Source: Chrysomallon squamiferum (Eukaryota > Animalia > Mollusca). From it: a stretch of 64,000 bases of DNA. Position 1 is the stretch's first letter. Each line of letters begins with the position of its first letter. The stretch spans positions 16,864,001-16,928,000 of the forward strand of contig CM022674.1 of NCBI GenBank assembly GCA_012295275.1. The letters are read 5' to 3'. The position numbers and the translations under genes were made by a program. The notes under the pieces were generated by a model, which was not told the origin of the DNA, did no database searches, and was given only the letters and a program-made list of their open reading frames with translations. Positions 18,290-31,927 of the stretch are shown here, one piece after another.

Positions 18290-19256
18290 GATTGCATTCA
18301 GATCACTTATTTTTCCATCATGGTGGTTCTTTTGGAAGTCCGCTTTAAGAGAGATTGATTAAGAAGTATGAGTTATGCAGGCGAGTGTACATTCCAAAGG
18401 AAGAGCACTTCTTGATTATGGACCAGCTAAAGAAGATATCTGTTGACCACAGGAAAAACCACCACGAGTACTTACTACCTCATGTCCACGTTTGAAATTC
18501 TTCAGTGCGCAGACGTGCAGAAACTGAGCAAGAAACGCCAAACAGATGAAGACGCCAGGTCTGACCAGCTGCGGTCCCACTCCGAGGATGACCAGTTGAC
18601 GCCAAAAGTAGAGTTCCTGTGTCGACGTCAGCGCCAAGCAAAAATTCGCCGAAGATGAACAGTTTCAGCAAGACGAGCGGATGATCAAACGCAGTCGCGT
18701 TGTGTTGTCTGCCGGAGAAGAAGGAGAGAGAGACAACGTGGCAGTGCCTGTTCCAGCTGTGGACAGGGGCCGTGGTGACCCCAGGAGCCTGCTGGGTGTG
18801 ATTGTAGATACTGATGACAATGAACAGTCTACCAGGAACCAGTTTGATGTGTGTTCCCAGAGACTGCTTTTGTTGTATGATGTGACAAAAATGCAAAATG
18901 CTTTTAGAGCAGCAGTGTCAAAGGAGTTACGCAGGAGGACAAGGGATTGTGAAATGCAACTATAGAGGAAAAAAGAGGTGTCAAACAAAACGTGTATGTT
19001 TCGAGAACAAACGTTTGAACTGCTGTAATAAATAGAACACTACTATATGAGTTACGAAATAAATCTCTTCATCCAATTGTAAGTCATTATTTTTCATTCA
19101 GTCATTTTGCCTAATGACTTGAGGTCTATTTCAGTCGTTTGGCCTATTTATTGGAAATCTTAGACATTAGGCCAAATGTCTGACGGTCTTGTCAGTTAGG
19201 CTAAACCTAAACATTTCAGGCATTAGACCAGATGACTTCTTTCACATATTGGCTGT

Positions 19257-19260
<4 letters not shown>
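18290..19260 (+). mobile_element. Degenerate Ginger-like (KRBA2/SCAND3-like integrase family) DNA transposon fragment
   Basis: GC-richer island encoding ERMIKRSRVVLSAGE..DNVAVPVPAVDRGRGDPRSLLGVIVDTDDNE..RNQFDVC, which I recall as the C-terminal region of invertebrate KRBA2-like integrases. The right end ...ggctgtaaca at 19260 fits a TGT..ACA terminus. Confidence 0.6.
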
Positions 19261-19306
<46 letters not shown>

Positions 19307-19536
19307 AAAAACACATACACATACATATACATACATACATATATATCTACACACCTACGCTCATAACGCTATTTAAGAGACTGTGAGGGTTGACAAGTCA
19401 TGTATTGTTATGTTGCATATATTGTTGTGAACTGTCGTGGATCAGGAATTTTCAAAAAATGTTTTGTTAGTTGTCTCTTGTTTAGTAAAATTGCCTTTTA
19501 CGTTTCTGTCTTTTGTGTCATTTAAAAACCGACGTG

Positions 19537-19596
<60 letters not shown>

Positions 19597-20897
19597 ATAC
19601 AAATGCATATACAAAAGACACGCAGATACATTCAAACATTATAACAATATTATATACACATTAATTATGCAGACACACTAGGTATAAACATATAAAAACA
19701 GACACAAGCACAACATACTTAAGCAGAGGATTTCGCTAGGGAATACATTCTGTCTCTCTACAAATTCAATGCATCAAATACACTGGTTTACACACTGAAC
19801 CGTTGCAGATAATTTCATCCAGAATTACGGTTCTTGCTATTTATAGACAGGGAAATACCAACATTAATATAATAAATGTCATTGTTTCAGTAACATAACT
19901 TATTTAAATAAACGTGTTTGGTTTAGTTCATTGTCGATTATTAAATATTTGAAAGGAACAGAAGGCCAAAACATCCTTTGTGGCATCAATAAATAGACAG
20001 AAAATTGTATTTGCGCAGTTAATGAAGACTGCAGGGTGTCAGTTTAAGAATGGGTTGTATGCACGCTTCACTTAGATATCTCGCTTCTGGAACTAATATG
20101 TTGTTGGGCTTCACTCAGTGTTTACACATTTTTAATAACATGTAGATGAACTTTCATTCGAAAAAAGGTTTCATTGTAATTTCTATATTTCCTGGTGTTG
20201 TTTGTAGCTAGAATTCTTTCTGATATTCAATATCTTCCTGTCATATCGTCTGCGCATGAATAATACAGTGTCATTCTAGACACAAAAAAAAAAAAAAAAA
20301 AAAAAAATACAAAAAAAATAAAATAAATAAATAAATAAAAAAAAACTATAAAAAAAAAAAAAAAAAAAAAAAAACGAAAAAAAACAAAAACCACAAAAAA
20401 AAAAACAAAAAACAAACAAAAAAAAAAAACAAACAAAAAAACAATGAATTTACGTGCACTAACAGTTGTGGACGTGTTAAACTGGATTTTAATATTTATT
20501 GCGGAAAGCATCTGGAGTTAATACCAATCGATCTACATGTCCATTACTGAAAACACTATAAACAGGCCACTTTAAACACGTGTCGCTGTCCTTGGTCACG
20601 TGATCTATTGAAACTATAGTGACATCTGAAAATTAAGAGTATATCGTGCTGAAGGTTGGGTGATCGTTCCCTGTCGCTGTGCTTGGGGTTATTACTGTTT
20701 CAAATGTGTTTGGATATTTCTTAATGAGAAAACTTGTATTTTCACACATAACTACATTAAAATTAAACTATACAATGAAAATAAAATAAAATAAAATAAA
20801 AAGAAATGTATAGGCCTAATGACATGCTGATAATTTTAAATGCTATTTCTTCTTTTTCTTCTTCTTAATAGTCGTTCCATCTTTTTTTATGACAAAG

Positions 20898-20959
<62 letters not shown>

Positions 20960-21379
20960 CACCATAATCAACACCTCAAATAAAATAAAACAAAAAAAAA
21001 AAAAAAAAATTACAACTAATAAATATAATACCAATCTGTTAACTAAACAAAACTAACAAAAAACAGAAAAATAAAAAAAAAAAAAAATATAAAATTATTA
21101 TACTGCCAGCGCAATCCGTATGTCAAAGGGATTTAACAGCAACAGCTTTCATTATATACACTTTACTGGTTGCTTCCCTTTATCAACCATCCGCATGAAA
21201 TTTAAAAAAAGAACCAAAGAAAAACATTTAGCTTAATTTTTGAGTGCTGCTGTCTCTGTGGCATTATTACATTTAAATTACATAACTAAAGTTAATCAGT
21301 ACAAAATATCTTTAATCCTATTTGAAATATTTACACTTGCTTCTAGCCAAGGATTAAGAGCACGTATTTAAAATAACAA

Positions 21380-21587
21380 TGATATTGGGCGTGGTTTATT
21401 GCAGACTCGGCCGGTCATTTTTAAAAATATGTTAACCAATGAATTTCAAGAAGCGCAATTATTGACAGGACGACCTGACCTAATTCAGCTTATGACCCGA
21501 TTTTAGTAAACGTTGAACAGTGACATCACACCAGCAGTTTCCGATCGGTGGTTGTTATCGGAACTCTCGTATGTGAGAAGAAATGCG
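21380..21587 (+). promoter_or_regulatory. Probable kinase promoter (CCAAT + GC box)
   Basis: ATTGG 21384-21388 overlaps GGGCGTGG 21387-21394; CCAAT at 21436-21440. Local CpG enrichment 150-200 bp upstream of the ATG in an otherwise AT-rich region. Confidence 0.5.
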
Positions 21588-22702
21588 ATGAGTTCGCTAA
21601 TCATTAGTTTTGTCGTCTTTATGCTGATTAATTCTCCTGAATCTGCCGTTTCTAATGACTATGTAGCTGTCCCGTTTATACAAATAGGCTCATGTAAACT
21701 GGTTATAAGCACAAGAGACATAATTGATTTGAAAAGTTTACAACGCAGTGATGGCTTGCCGAGGTAATGCATGCAGATTTTTGTAATGTATTCGAATTTT
21801 TATAAATGCTGCTTCTTATTTTTTTTATGCAAATACATCTAAATTAACTTAACTACACTGGGGTTCTTTTTGTAAGTAATAAAAAAGAGGATTATTTCTT
21901 TAAAATAAATTGAATAAATAAATACATGCATTGTAATAATAAATATTAAGAAGAAAAAAAAAAGCTAAATAAATAAATCATAACAAAATTAAAATGATTT
22001 TTGACTGAAATTATTAATTTGTATTCTGACATATTATTTAAAACTGAATATGCTTATTCTTCAAAACTGTTTTGTAACTGGTCTTACAGTCAAAACCACT
22101 AACACAAACACAAACTTTACCATGTACTGTTAAACCACAACCACAAGAACATTATTACTATGACTACCAACACTGCTATCACTGGTAACATTCAACCATG
22201 GATTATCATCTGCACCATCATCAGCTTTTACAACATATTACAACCATGATCATCATAATCATTATCATCAAGATAATCATATTAAATTATTTCATTTTCA
22301 CATTTTATTCTCATAACTGTGATGATTGTTATCACTGATTTACCAATAAATTTACCACAAACATCTCTTATGTTATCATGTTTATCACAATATACTGGTA
22401 ATATCACCAGCATAAAAACCACCATTTCTGCAACCATCATCTATTATTATAATCATCTTCATCAGTAGCAGCAGCATTATTATTGTCATCAAGATAATCA
22501 TCATAATTATTATCTTCATCATCAACATTATCATTCTGGAATATTGTGGTTTTAACATCAGATAATAAAATAAGATTTTACTATTTACAATTTCAATTTT
22601 TGTTGTTGTTCATTGTGGTTATTATGTTTCATATTTCAGACTTCACCAATTCTTTTCTTTACCATGACCTGTGAGTTCAGGGAAGTCTTACAACTATACT
22701 TT

Positions 22703-22776
<74 letters not shown>

Positions 22777-23124
22777 TTATTTCTTTCTTTATTTCACAGG
22801 TTTATGACAACATCTGTGAGTTCAGCAAAGTCTTACAACTATACTTTTAACCCGTGTTTATCACACAACATGTCTCAAGTCAACACTGACATTGTGCAAG
22901 GGTATGGATGTTATTTAGTTGCAGTGAGAATTTTTTGTTGTTTACTTATATCTACATTAACATGGATCCCATTAACTGACATATGTCCATTTCACATACA
23001 TACACATTCATAAATATAATATTTAAACACATACATTTAGACATTTAGACATAATAGATCCAGATCATCTTATTTGTCTCTCTCTCTCTCTCTTTTTATT
23101 TAATTAGCCTTGACAAATAGTTTA

Positions 23125-23175
<51 letters not shown>

Positions 23176-23901
23176 CTTTTCATCTCTGTTTTTGTTTTCA
23201 TTTGTTTTTTTTTGCCCCATTCTTTCTCTCTCTTTCTCTATCTCATTTTCTACCCCATCAATTACTCTCTCTCTCATTTTCTCTCTGTCTCTCTCACTCT
23301 CTTTTTCTCTTTCACTGTCTTATTCTCTATCAGTCTATTTCTATATCTCTCTCATTCTTTCTGTCTCTCATTCTCCATCTGTATTTCTTTTTCCCTGTTT
23401 ATACCTTTCTTTCTTTCTCCCTTTCACTGTCTGTCTTTCACTTACTCACATTTTTGCTCTCTGTTTCTATAATTATTAATTAATGTTTAACTGTCAGCTA
23501 CAAAATGTTTCATCTCTTTTTCATTTTGTTTTGGTTTTTTTTTTTTTTTTTATCAGGTATGTAAGTTCAACATCAAAGAACAGAAACAATATTTTACTCT
23601 TGGTTTGCAGAACGACGCCAAGTTCCGAGTCATTCGAGATATCAGCAACAACCACACCAACTCAGCACTGGTCTTTACTGGAGACAAGTACTTACACACT
23701 TCATATTTATCAGTGGATCATTATTTGTATTTAGTAATTGGAAATATACAGCAACATTTCTTGAATTTCATTTTAGGTTTTATCGATATAAGAATTTTTT
23801 TTTAATTTATGTATGTACAGTTACATTTAGAAATTATAATAAGATCAGTAATGATGATGATTAAAAAAATAAATAATAATTATGCTATTATTGCTACTTT
23901 A

Positions 23902-23944
<43 letters not shown>

Positions 23945-26087
23945 TAATAATAATAATAAGAAGAAGAAGAAGAAGAAGAAGAACAAAAGAACATGGTTTT
24001 ATTGAAAGTATGTTAAAATTTTAATTTATATATCTAAATATATTTGTTTTGAAGATTACAGGTAGCAAAGATCTAAAAATTTTAAATAAACAAATTTGTT
24101 CTTAATGCTGATAGGTACATGCAGATTGCATGTAGATAAATATTTGAATTTATTTTCACTAGATTTATAAGCATGTACAAACTTCATTATTATGTACAAT
24201 GAAAAAAGTATTTGTTTTTACTGAATACAGCTATAGACACATTTTCTGTTCATAATATTAAAAACAAAAATAAAATTATGAATTTTATAAACAATTCAGT
24301 ATTTATAATCAAAATTAATTATTTTTGTTGCATACAGATCTGTACATATTTCATGTTAAATACTAAAATTTGTTTTTGCTTGATACATGTAGATGTAAAT
24401 CTCATATTTCTAAACAAAATAATGTTTCAGTTGTATTTGAATTAAGAAACATTTATTCACTATATTCATAAATTAATTATTATAATTTATTCTTACTGAA
24501 TATAGAGGTAAAAAAGATCTTACATTTGTGAATATTTGAATTTATGGTCTTTCAGATTGCTATATATGCTAATTTAATATTTGTAAATAAAAAGAATTTG
24601 CTTTTAATGTATATAAATACTTGCAGATATCATTTTTGAATAATAAGAATTAATTTTTAATGTGTACATGTTTGATTTATAAATATATATAAAAATAGTT
24701 TTATTACATTCGATATTTATAAGCATACTTTTATTTTCATGGTATATAATTTACAAAATTTCATATTTATAAACATTGGTGACACACACACATACACACA
24801 CACAAAAACACAACCATCAAAAGTAACATTTAAACAAAAATGACTTTGATGTAAATAAAAAGAATAACATTAATTTATTTATATATTTATTTAAACCATC
24901 TTTTTTTTTTTTTTTTTTTTTTTTAGATCAGTGCAACAAAGGAAAACAATAATTAAGTTAATTTGTGATGCAACGAGAAAAGAACCTGATGATGGTTTGT
25001 TTAAAATTATTGAAGATTCTGGTGTTGGAAATGTGGTATGTAATTTTAAATGTAAAATTTGGGAAGTTCATATAAAGTATTTTAAAAATAGGTCCAGTGT
25101 TAATTTTAAAAATCAAAAATAATAATTATGAATTTTGGAATTTGAAAACAGGAATTTTTGGCACTCTTTTGTAAGGTTAGTAATTTTAAAATATGGGATT
25201 TTTAAAATGTGCATTCATTAGGTAGTATAAACTAAAAGACAATTTTTCTTCTCCATTTTTGTTGCTTCACATGCAATCTTTGTTGAAAACATAATAATTA
25301 ATTTTGTGTCCATTTCTTCATGCTTTGTTGCTGTATTCATTATTTTTTTCATTTATTATTTTACTGGATGCATTTTTCAAATATATTTATTTTTTTATTT
25401 ATAGACAGCAGAACTTCATCACCTGTGCTGTTGTCCAAATGGCTGTTTGACTGTCAATAATTCAGGTAAATGTATTTTAATAATAATAATAATAATAATA
25501 ATAATCATAATAAATATACTACCACATCTATTACTACTACTAAACCAAAACAAAATACTAAAAAAAGAAAAACCAAAACAAAAAAAAAAAATCCCTCCTC
25601 CAAAAAAAAAAAAGAAAAAAAGAAAAAAAGAAAGAAAAGAAAAGAAGGAAAGAAAGAAAAGAAAGAAAGAAAGAAAGAAAAGAAAAAAGATATCTTCTAT
25701 TCATGATATGAACACATAACTTTCAATATCTTGGAGTACATTTGTAGAAAAATATTTTACAGTGCACACTATACAGAGTAATCATTTATATTCGGTATGT
25801 AGATAACAAGTTTAGATAATAATTTAATAGTGTCAGTAATGTTATCTTAATCTAGTGTATTAGTTACACACTCATAACAACATAATTGTGTATACTTTTA
25901 CCTCAGCTTAAAGTGCAAATGGGGTAATTGTACATTAAATGAATTACCTGGTGGTAATGTATTTTAAAAAGAAATGTATGTGTGTGTCTGTATGTCTGTA
26001 TATATATACATAGATGTAGATTGTTTTTGTATATATATATATATATAAAAACAATCTATATCTATGTCTATCTATCTGTATGTATGT

Positions 26088-26142
<55 letters not shown>

Positions 26143-27394
26143 TGTATGTATGTATATGTTTGTGTGTGTGTGTGTATATATATTTAAAAAACAATTCTGT
26201 AGCATTGTTTGATTCACAGAAATGTAAGAACCCACATATAAGTTGATGCTTGAATGTTATCAGTGATTTATGCATTGTTATATTTTACTTTACATACTTA
26301 ACCTATATAACTGGTCAGCAAATAACTATACAATTTTTGATATCCTCAGTCTGTTAGGAATTTTTCTGCTTTCTTCAAAGTAAAAATAATGGAAGATATT
26401 GAGCTTTGTATTTTAAAATGTGTAAATTATGTGATGTGAAGAATAAAAAAATGTAAGTAGAAATATGATTGTACAAAATTTGTTTTTGAAATTTATATCA
26501 ATTGTTACAGAGATATCTGTTGTTAGAAATGTAAAACATACAATATATTCTGAAATTTTAGGTTAGACGTTTTATAATATAAATTTAGAGTTTGTCAGAT
26601 AACAAGCATGACTGTAGCTTTGTATTTTTTAAAATGTGTAAATTATGTGATGTGAAGAATAAAAAAATGTAAGTAGAAATATCAAAATTTGTTTTTGAAA
26701 TTGATATCAATTGTTAAAAAGCAGCAAATTTATTATTATTATTATTATTATTATTTTATTTTTTATTTTTTTTTTTTTTTTTTTAAATATACTAATGAGA
26801 CTGCCATGTAATTAGTAATTAATTAATAATTTAAATAAATTTTACAAGACTGTTGGATGACAAGCATCAGTGTAACTGCAGAATACACTAATGAGAATGC
26901 CATCTAATTAACAGTACTTGATAATTTAAATTTTTTGCAGAAAGGTCAGAAAACCGCAAGAGCAGTGATATGTTTATTATGTTTGGTGCTATTCTTAGCT
27001 TCTTGTTCATGGCGTTAATTATCGGATTCTTGTGTTACCTCAGTAGAACACACCTACCATTCTACTACAAACTTCCAGGTGAGATTTTCGGAGTTCTGCA
27101 TTTAAAATATTCATTTAGTGACATAAAGAACTGTTCTAAATAGAGTCTGTATTCTTCTGAGTTACATTTTGTAATTATTTTTGGCTTCCAATCTTTATTA
27201 ATAATAATGTTTAACAAAAATGTACCTTAGGTGATACGAAGAACTACTCTGTATGTTATCCGTATAGTTCTGAGTTTTACATTTAATTTTGGTTTTGTAG
27301 CTTCCAATCTTAATTAATAATAAAGTAGATTAAAAAATAGAATGCAATTTAAAAATACCTGATCACCAACATTTTTCTATAGTTGCGATATCAT

Positions 27395-27426
<32 letters not shown>

Positions 27427-28157
27427 GTTTAATATAAGTGTTTATATTTTGCTGTTTCAGTTACTGGAAAAATGAGAGGGTTTTCACACCATTCCCCAAT
27501 GATGACATTTATGACAGACGCCTAACAGCCCCATCACTGATGTCTGTTAGGTACCGGGATTATGAACCAGGATGGAAAGTGTCCAAGAAAAGTCAGCTGC
27601 CTGTTTTAGAGAATGCTGTTATGTCTATTGACACGATTAAAATGAGACAGAGGTGAGCTACTGCCATGGTGAATTTACAAATGCAGATATAGGATTCGTA
27701 TTTTTTTTTTTTTTTCTTTTTAATTATTTTTTACATACATATATATATTTTTTTTTTATATTTATTAATTAGATATTTAAGGAAACATTTTTTTGATTAA
27801 AGTTGTAGATTAGTAAAGATTTTCTCTCAATCAAATTTTGATCATGCCTTTGCACCATTTTCAACTTGAAATCATGTGAGGTATTTTACATAGTACATTC
27901 CTTAAAATGAAAAACATATCTTTTATGATGTCACACATATCTTTATGATGTCATATGTGTCATGATCATGATTCAGACTGGGAGGTGGCAGTTTTGGAGA
28001 CACTCATGTAGCAGAATGGCACGACATGACTGTGGCACTGAAACGATTAACAATTAATATCCATGACAACCAGGTGACTGATGACATCATAGAGCTGATG
28101 AAGAAAGAAGTTTGGTTTCTCAGGTGAGAGAAAAAAAAAAGAGAATAGAGAGAGAGA

Positions 28158-28242
<85 letters not shown>

Positions 28243-29241
28243 ATAAAACTACATACACTTCATAAAAGTATCTTATTACTACATTATTACAGAATATTAT
28301 GAATATAATAACTTCCATATGAAAGGAATTAATATTCACTTTCAAAAGATTCTTTCCCTTGCTTCATACAATTAACTTAGATTTGTTTTCTCTTTTAGTC
28401 GCCAACGTCATAAAAACATCGTTGGGGTGCTGGGACTGTGCATTGATGGCAGACATCCATGTATCATCACTGAATTTGTGAATGGCAGCTGCATAAAAGA
28501 TCTTCTTAAAATGAGAGACTTCAAGCTAATATGGCCGCATCGAGTCAAAATTGTACGTCTGCAAAATATTAAAAAATTATGTCTAGCACCAGGAATAATT
28601 AATTTAAAGTCATTTTTCGAAAATCTAAATAATTGTTTATTCACTACCTAAGCTTAAGTCTATGAAATGAATGTTTAAATAGAGCTGATAACTCTTTGCT
28701 AATAATAAAGTATAAAAGAAGCTGCAATGAAGATTTTTTTTTTCTACAAAGAGATATACAAAATAGGTTTTGCCATTTTACAGTGATTTATGTAATCTTC
28801 TAAAAACAAATTTATCACTGCCTTGACAAATATTATTATTATTTTTGTTATGCTTTATAACTAACAAATACTGTTTTAAAAATAAATCACAAAAAAAAAT
28901 AACAGATTTTTATTCCAATAATCCTGATTTATCAGTGATTTATAACAGATTTCTAAAACTTTTCTGACAGTAGACTGCAAAATATTACAGCTGTTAACAA
29001 GTCAATGATATTTTAGAAACAATTAAACTTCAAAACTAAAGACAGCTTTTGTTGGCTGAACACGAAGGCTGTTGAATGTGGCTGTGTTAAATCAAATGTT
29101 TGCTGTTTTATTTTGCAGTGTTCTGATGTAGCCAATGGCATAGCCTTTCTTCATTCGACAAAACCTCCGATCATTCATCGAGATCTCCGCTGTGGAAACC
29201 TCTTTCTTCTCCACAATGATACTGCTAAGGTACCAAAACTA

Positions 29242-29277
<36 letters not shown>

Positions 29278-30742
29278 TTTTTTTTTTTTTTTTTAATCCT
29301 GGTTGTTTAAAGATACAGCTACGGTATTGAAATTAATTTTTTTTTTTTTTTTTATTCTCAATTATTTGAAGATAAAGAATCAGTAAACACTAACACATTT
29401 TAGTTGTTAGACAGAAGGATGTGTAGACTAGAGGTAAAGCTCTCATATGGAATGCATTAATGACTGGTCCCTGTTAGTAGTAGCTCTTTTAGGGACATTT
29501 TCCCAATCCAACCAATTCTGTTTCCCAGGTCAGACAGTGCTCTGTTATTGTTGGATCATAGGCCAAGTAGTTTTAGTGAAAGTGCATATAAAAGATCCCT
29601 CGTAATTTATTTCCAGCAATTAAATAAAATAAAATAAAATAAAAAAATAAAATAAAATATTAATAAAAATAAGAAAACAAATAAATAAAAAAAATAAAAA
29701 TCAGTTTTCTGTTTAAAAGAGATGTGGAGAATTTTAAAATAATTATTATTTTAAATTTCATTCTAACTTTTTACATTCCATTCAAAGATCTGTTAAAAGC
29801 ACGCTTGGTGTGGTCAACTATAATATTTTGTTTTTCTGCTGTCAAAGAGTTTTTTAATTCATGGTTATCATGAACACAATCTCTGACTGTTCTGACAGTG
29901 TCAGTAGAATTGTTTTTTTTTTTTTAATAAAATTTCTTATTATTTTCTTAAGAGGTTTGTTTCAAACAAGGTTCTTGTAGGCTATGCTTCAGATTTTTAA
30001 AGACAAATTTGGTGAATTATAAATAAATTTAAATTTTTTTAAAATTTCAGGTTGCTGATTTTGGACTGACAAAAATGATACAGCCACTAAGACAGAACTG
30101 TACAAAGGAAGACTGCTGCTGTGAGTTTTACCCACAATTCCTTGTAACAAAAATGGCAGACATTATTGTTATGAACAAGAGTCAGTAACTGAACAATAAA
30201 TAGAAATTATTGAATTTGTATCAGTCTGTTCCCATTTCTGTGAGAAAAAATGGGATGTAGAAGACCAAGATTTTATTTCAAAAGGAAAATAAACTTTTAT
30301 CTTGGTATTGGTGAATCTTTATGTGAATATTTTAATGCAAAAATGAGAGATTTAATATAAAAATAAAAATCTTATACATATAATGATTATTTATATAAAG
30401 TACTGATAATGATAATAAATAAATAAATAAATAAATAAATAAAAAATTAAATAAAAAAATAAAGAAAATATATTTTTATACTTTACCCATAATGCCTTTT
30501 AAGAACTATGGTAGACAATATTATGTGTTTTTCTTGGCAGAGTTATCTCCCATTAGCAAAGCTGTAGACTGATATAAAACCATTTAAGATTTTCTGTTGT
30601 TAATGTGTTCTAGTAGTTTATTAATATAATTCAATAAGGGTACATATTTGAACATTAATGTTTGTATGTATAAATATGAGAGTATAACTGCATATGTTAA
30701 TGTATGTATAGTTTTTGTATACATGTGTATGTGTATATGTGA

Positions 30743-30779
<37 letters not shown>

Positions 30780-30852
30780 CTGTCCATTTATGTTTAAGTA
30801 GGTGTGTATGTGTTTATATGTATATGTGTGTATGTGTGTGTGTATGTGTGTT

Positions 30853-30895
<43 letters not shown>

Positions 30896-31301
30896 TTTTC
30901 CATTTTTTATGGAAAACATGGATGTAGAATATATGTGTCTGTGTATGTATGTATGTATATAATCTTAAAATATTCATTTAAAAATAAAAATAAAAGAAAC
31001 ATAAAATTTAATCTCAACAGCTATTAAGTTTTAGAATAGTTACTAAATGGACTGTACAAAGACACAGGTAACTTTACAGGTCGTCGTAACTACAGTGCAT
31101 GTCCAGCCAACATTCGCTGGACAGCTCCAGAAATACTGCAGAACCCCACTGTACTCGAGGATGACGCAGTGATCACAACGGCAGCCGATGTTTACTCGTT
31201 TGGACTTGTAATGTGGAGCTGTTTGTCTGTGAAGACCCATTTGAAGACATCGTCACCGAGGAAGAGGTAGTTTGATGTGATTTTTGTGTGTTTGTGTCAC
31301 T

Positions 31302-31354
<53 letters not shown>

Positions 31355-31498
31355 ACTGTGTGTGTGTGTATGTGTGTTGTTTGTGTGTTTGTTGTGTGTG
31401 TTTGTGTGTTTGCCATGTGTGTGTGTGTGTGTGTGTGTGTTTGTGTTGTGTGTTTGAGTGTGGATGTTTTGAAATGAGGAAGAGGTAATTTGATTTGT

Positions 31499-31580
<82 letters not shown>

Positions 31581-31871
31581 TGTTTGAAGTGTGTGTGTGT
31601 AGCAAGATGTGTGTGATGCAATCTGTTATTTGTGTGTGTGTGTGTTTGTGTATATATGTTTGAGTGTGCATGTGTGTATTTATGTGTGCAATATATGTGT
31701 GGGTGTGAATGTGTCTGCATGTATCTGTGTACACAAATGTATTTGAGTTGATTTATTAATATATTTCTCTATATATGTGTTTTTGCATACTTGAATGCAT
31801 ATGTATCTCTGTAAAGGTACTTATATTAGTATCCAAATGCATGTATAAATTAGTTTATTTACATGCACTTG

Positions 31872-31927
<56 letters not shown>

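Noticed and set aside
21513-21587. Upstream TTG start for kinase exon 1 as given in the ORF track
   Set aside because: Eukaryotic gene; ATG 21588 directly begins the signal peptide.
23557-23560. Possible 4-nt micro-exon GTAT (ag|gtat|gtaagt) in the kinase
   Set aside because: A simpler model (exon 2 ending at 22923, exon 3 spanning 23557-23687) is in frame and restores the C..VAVC..YFTLG motif.
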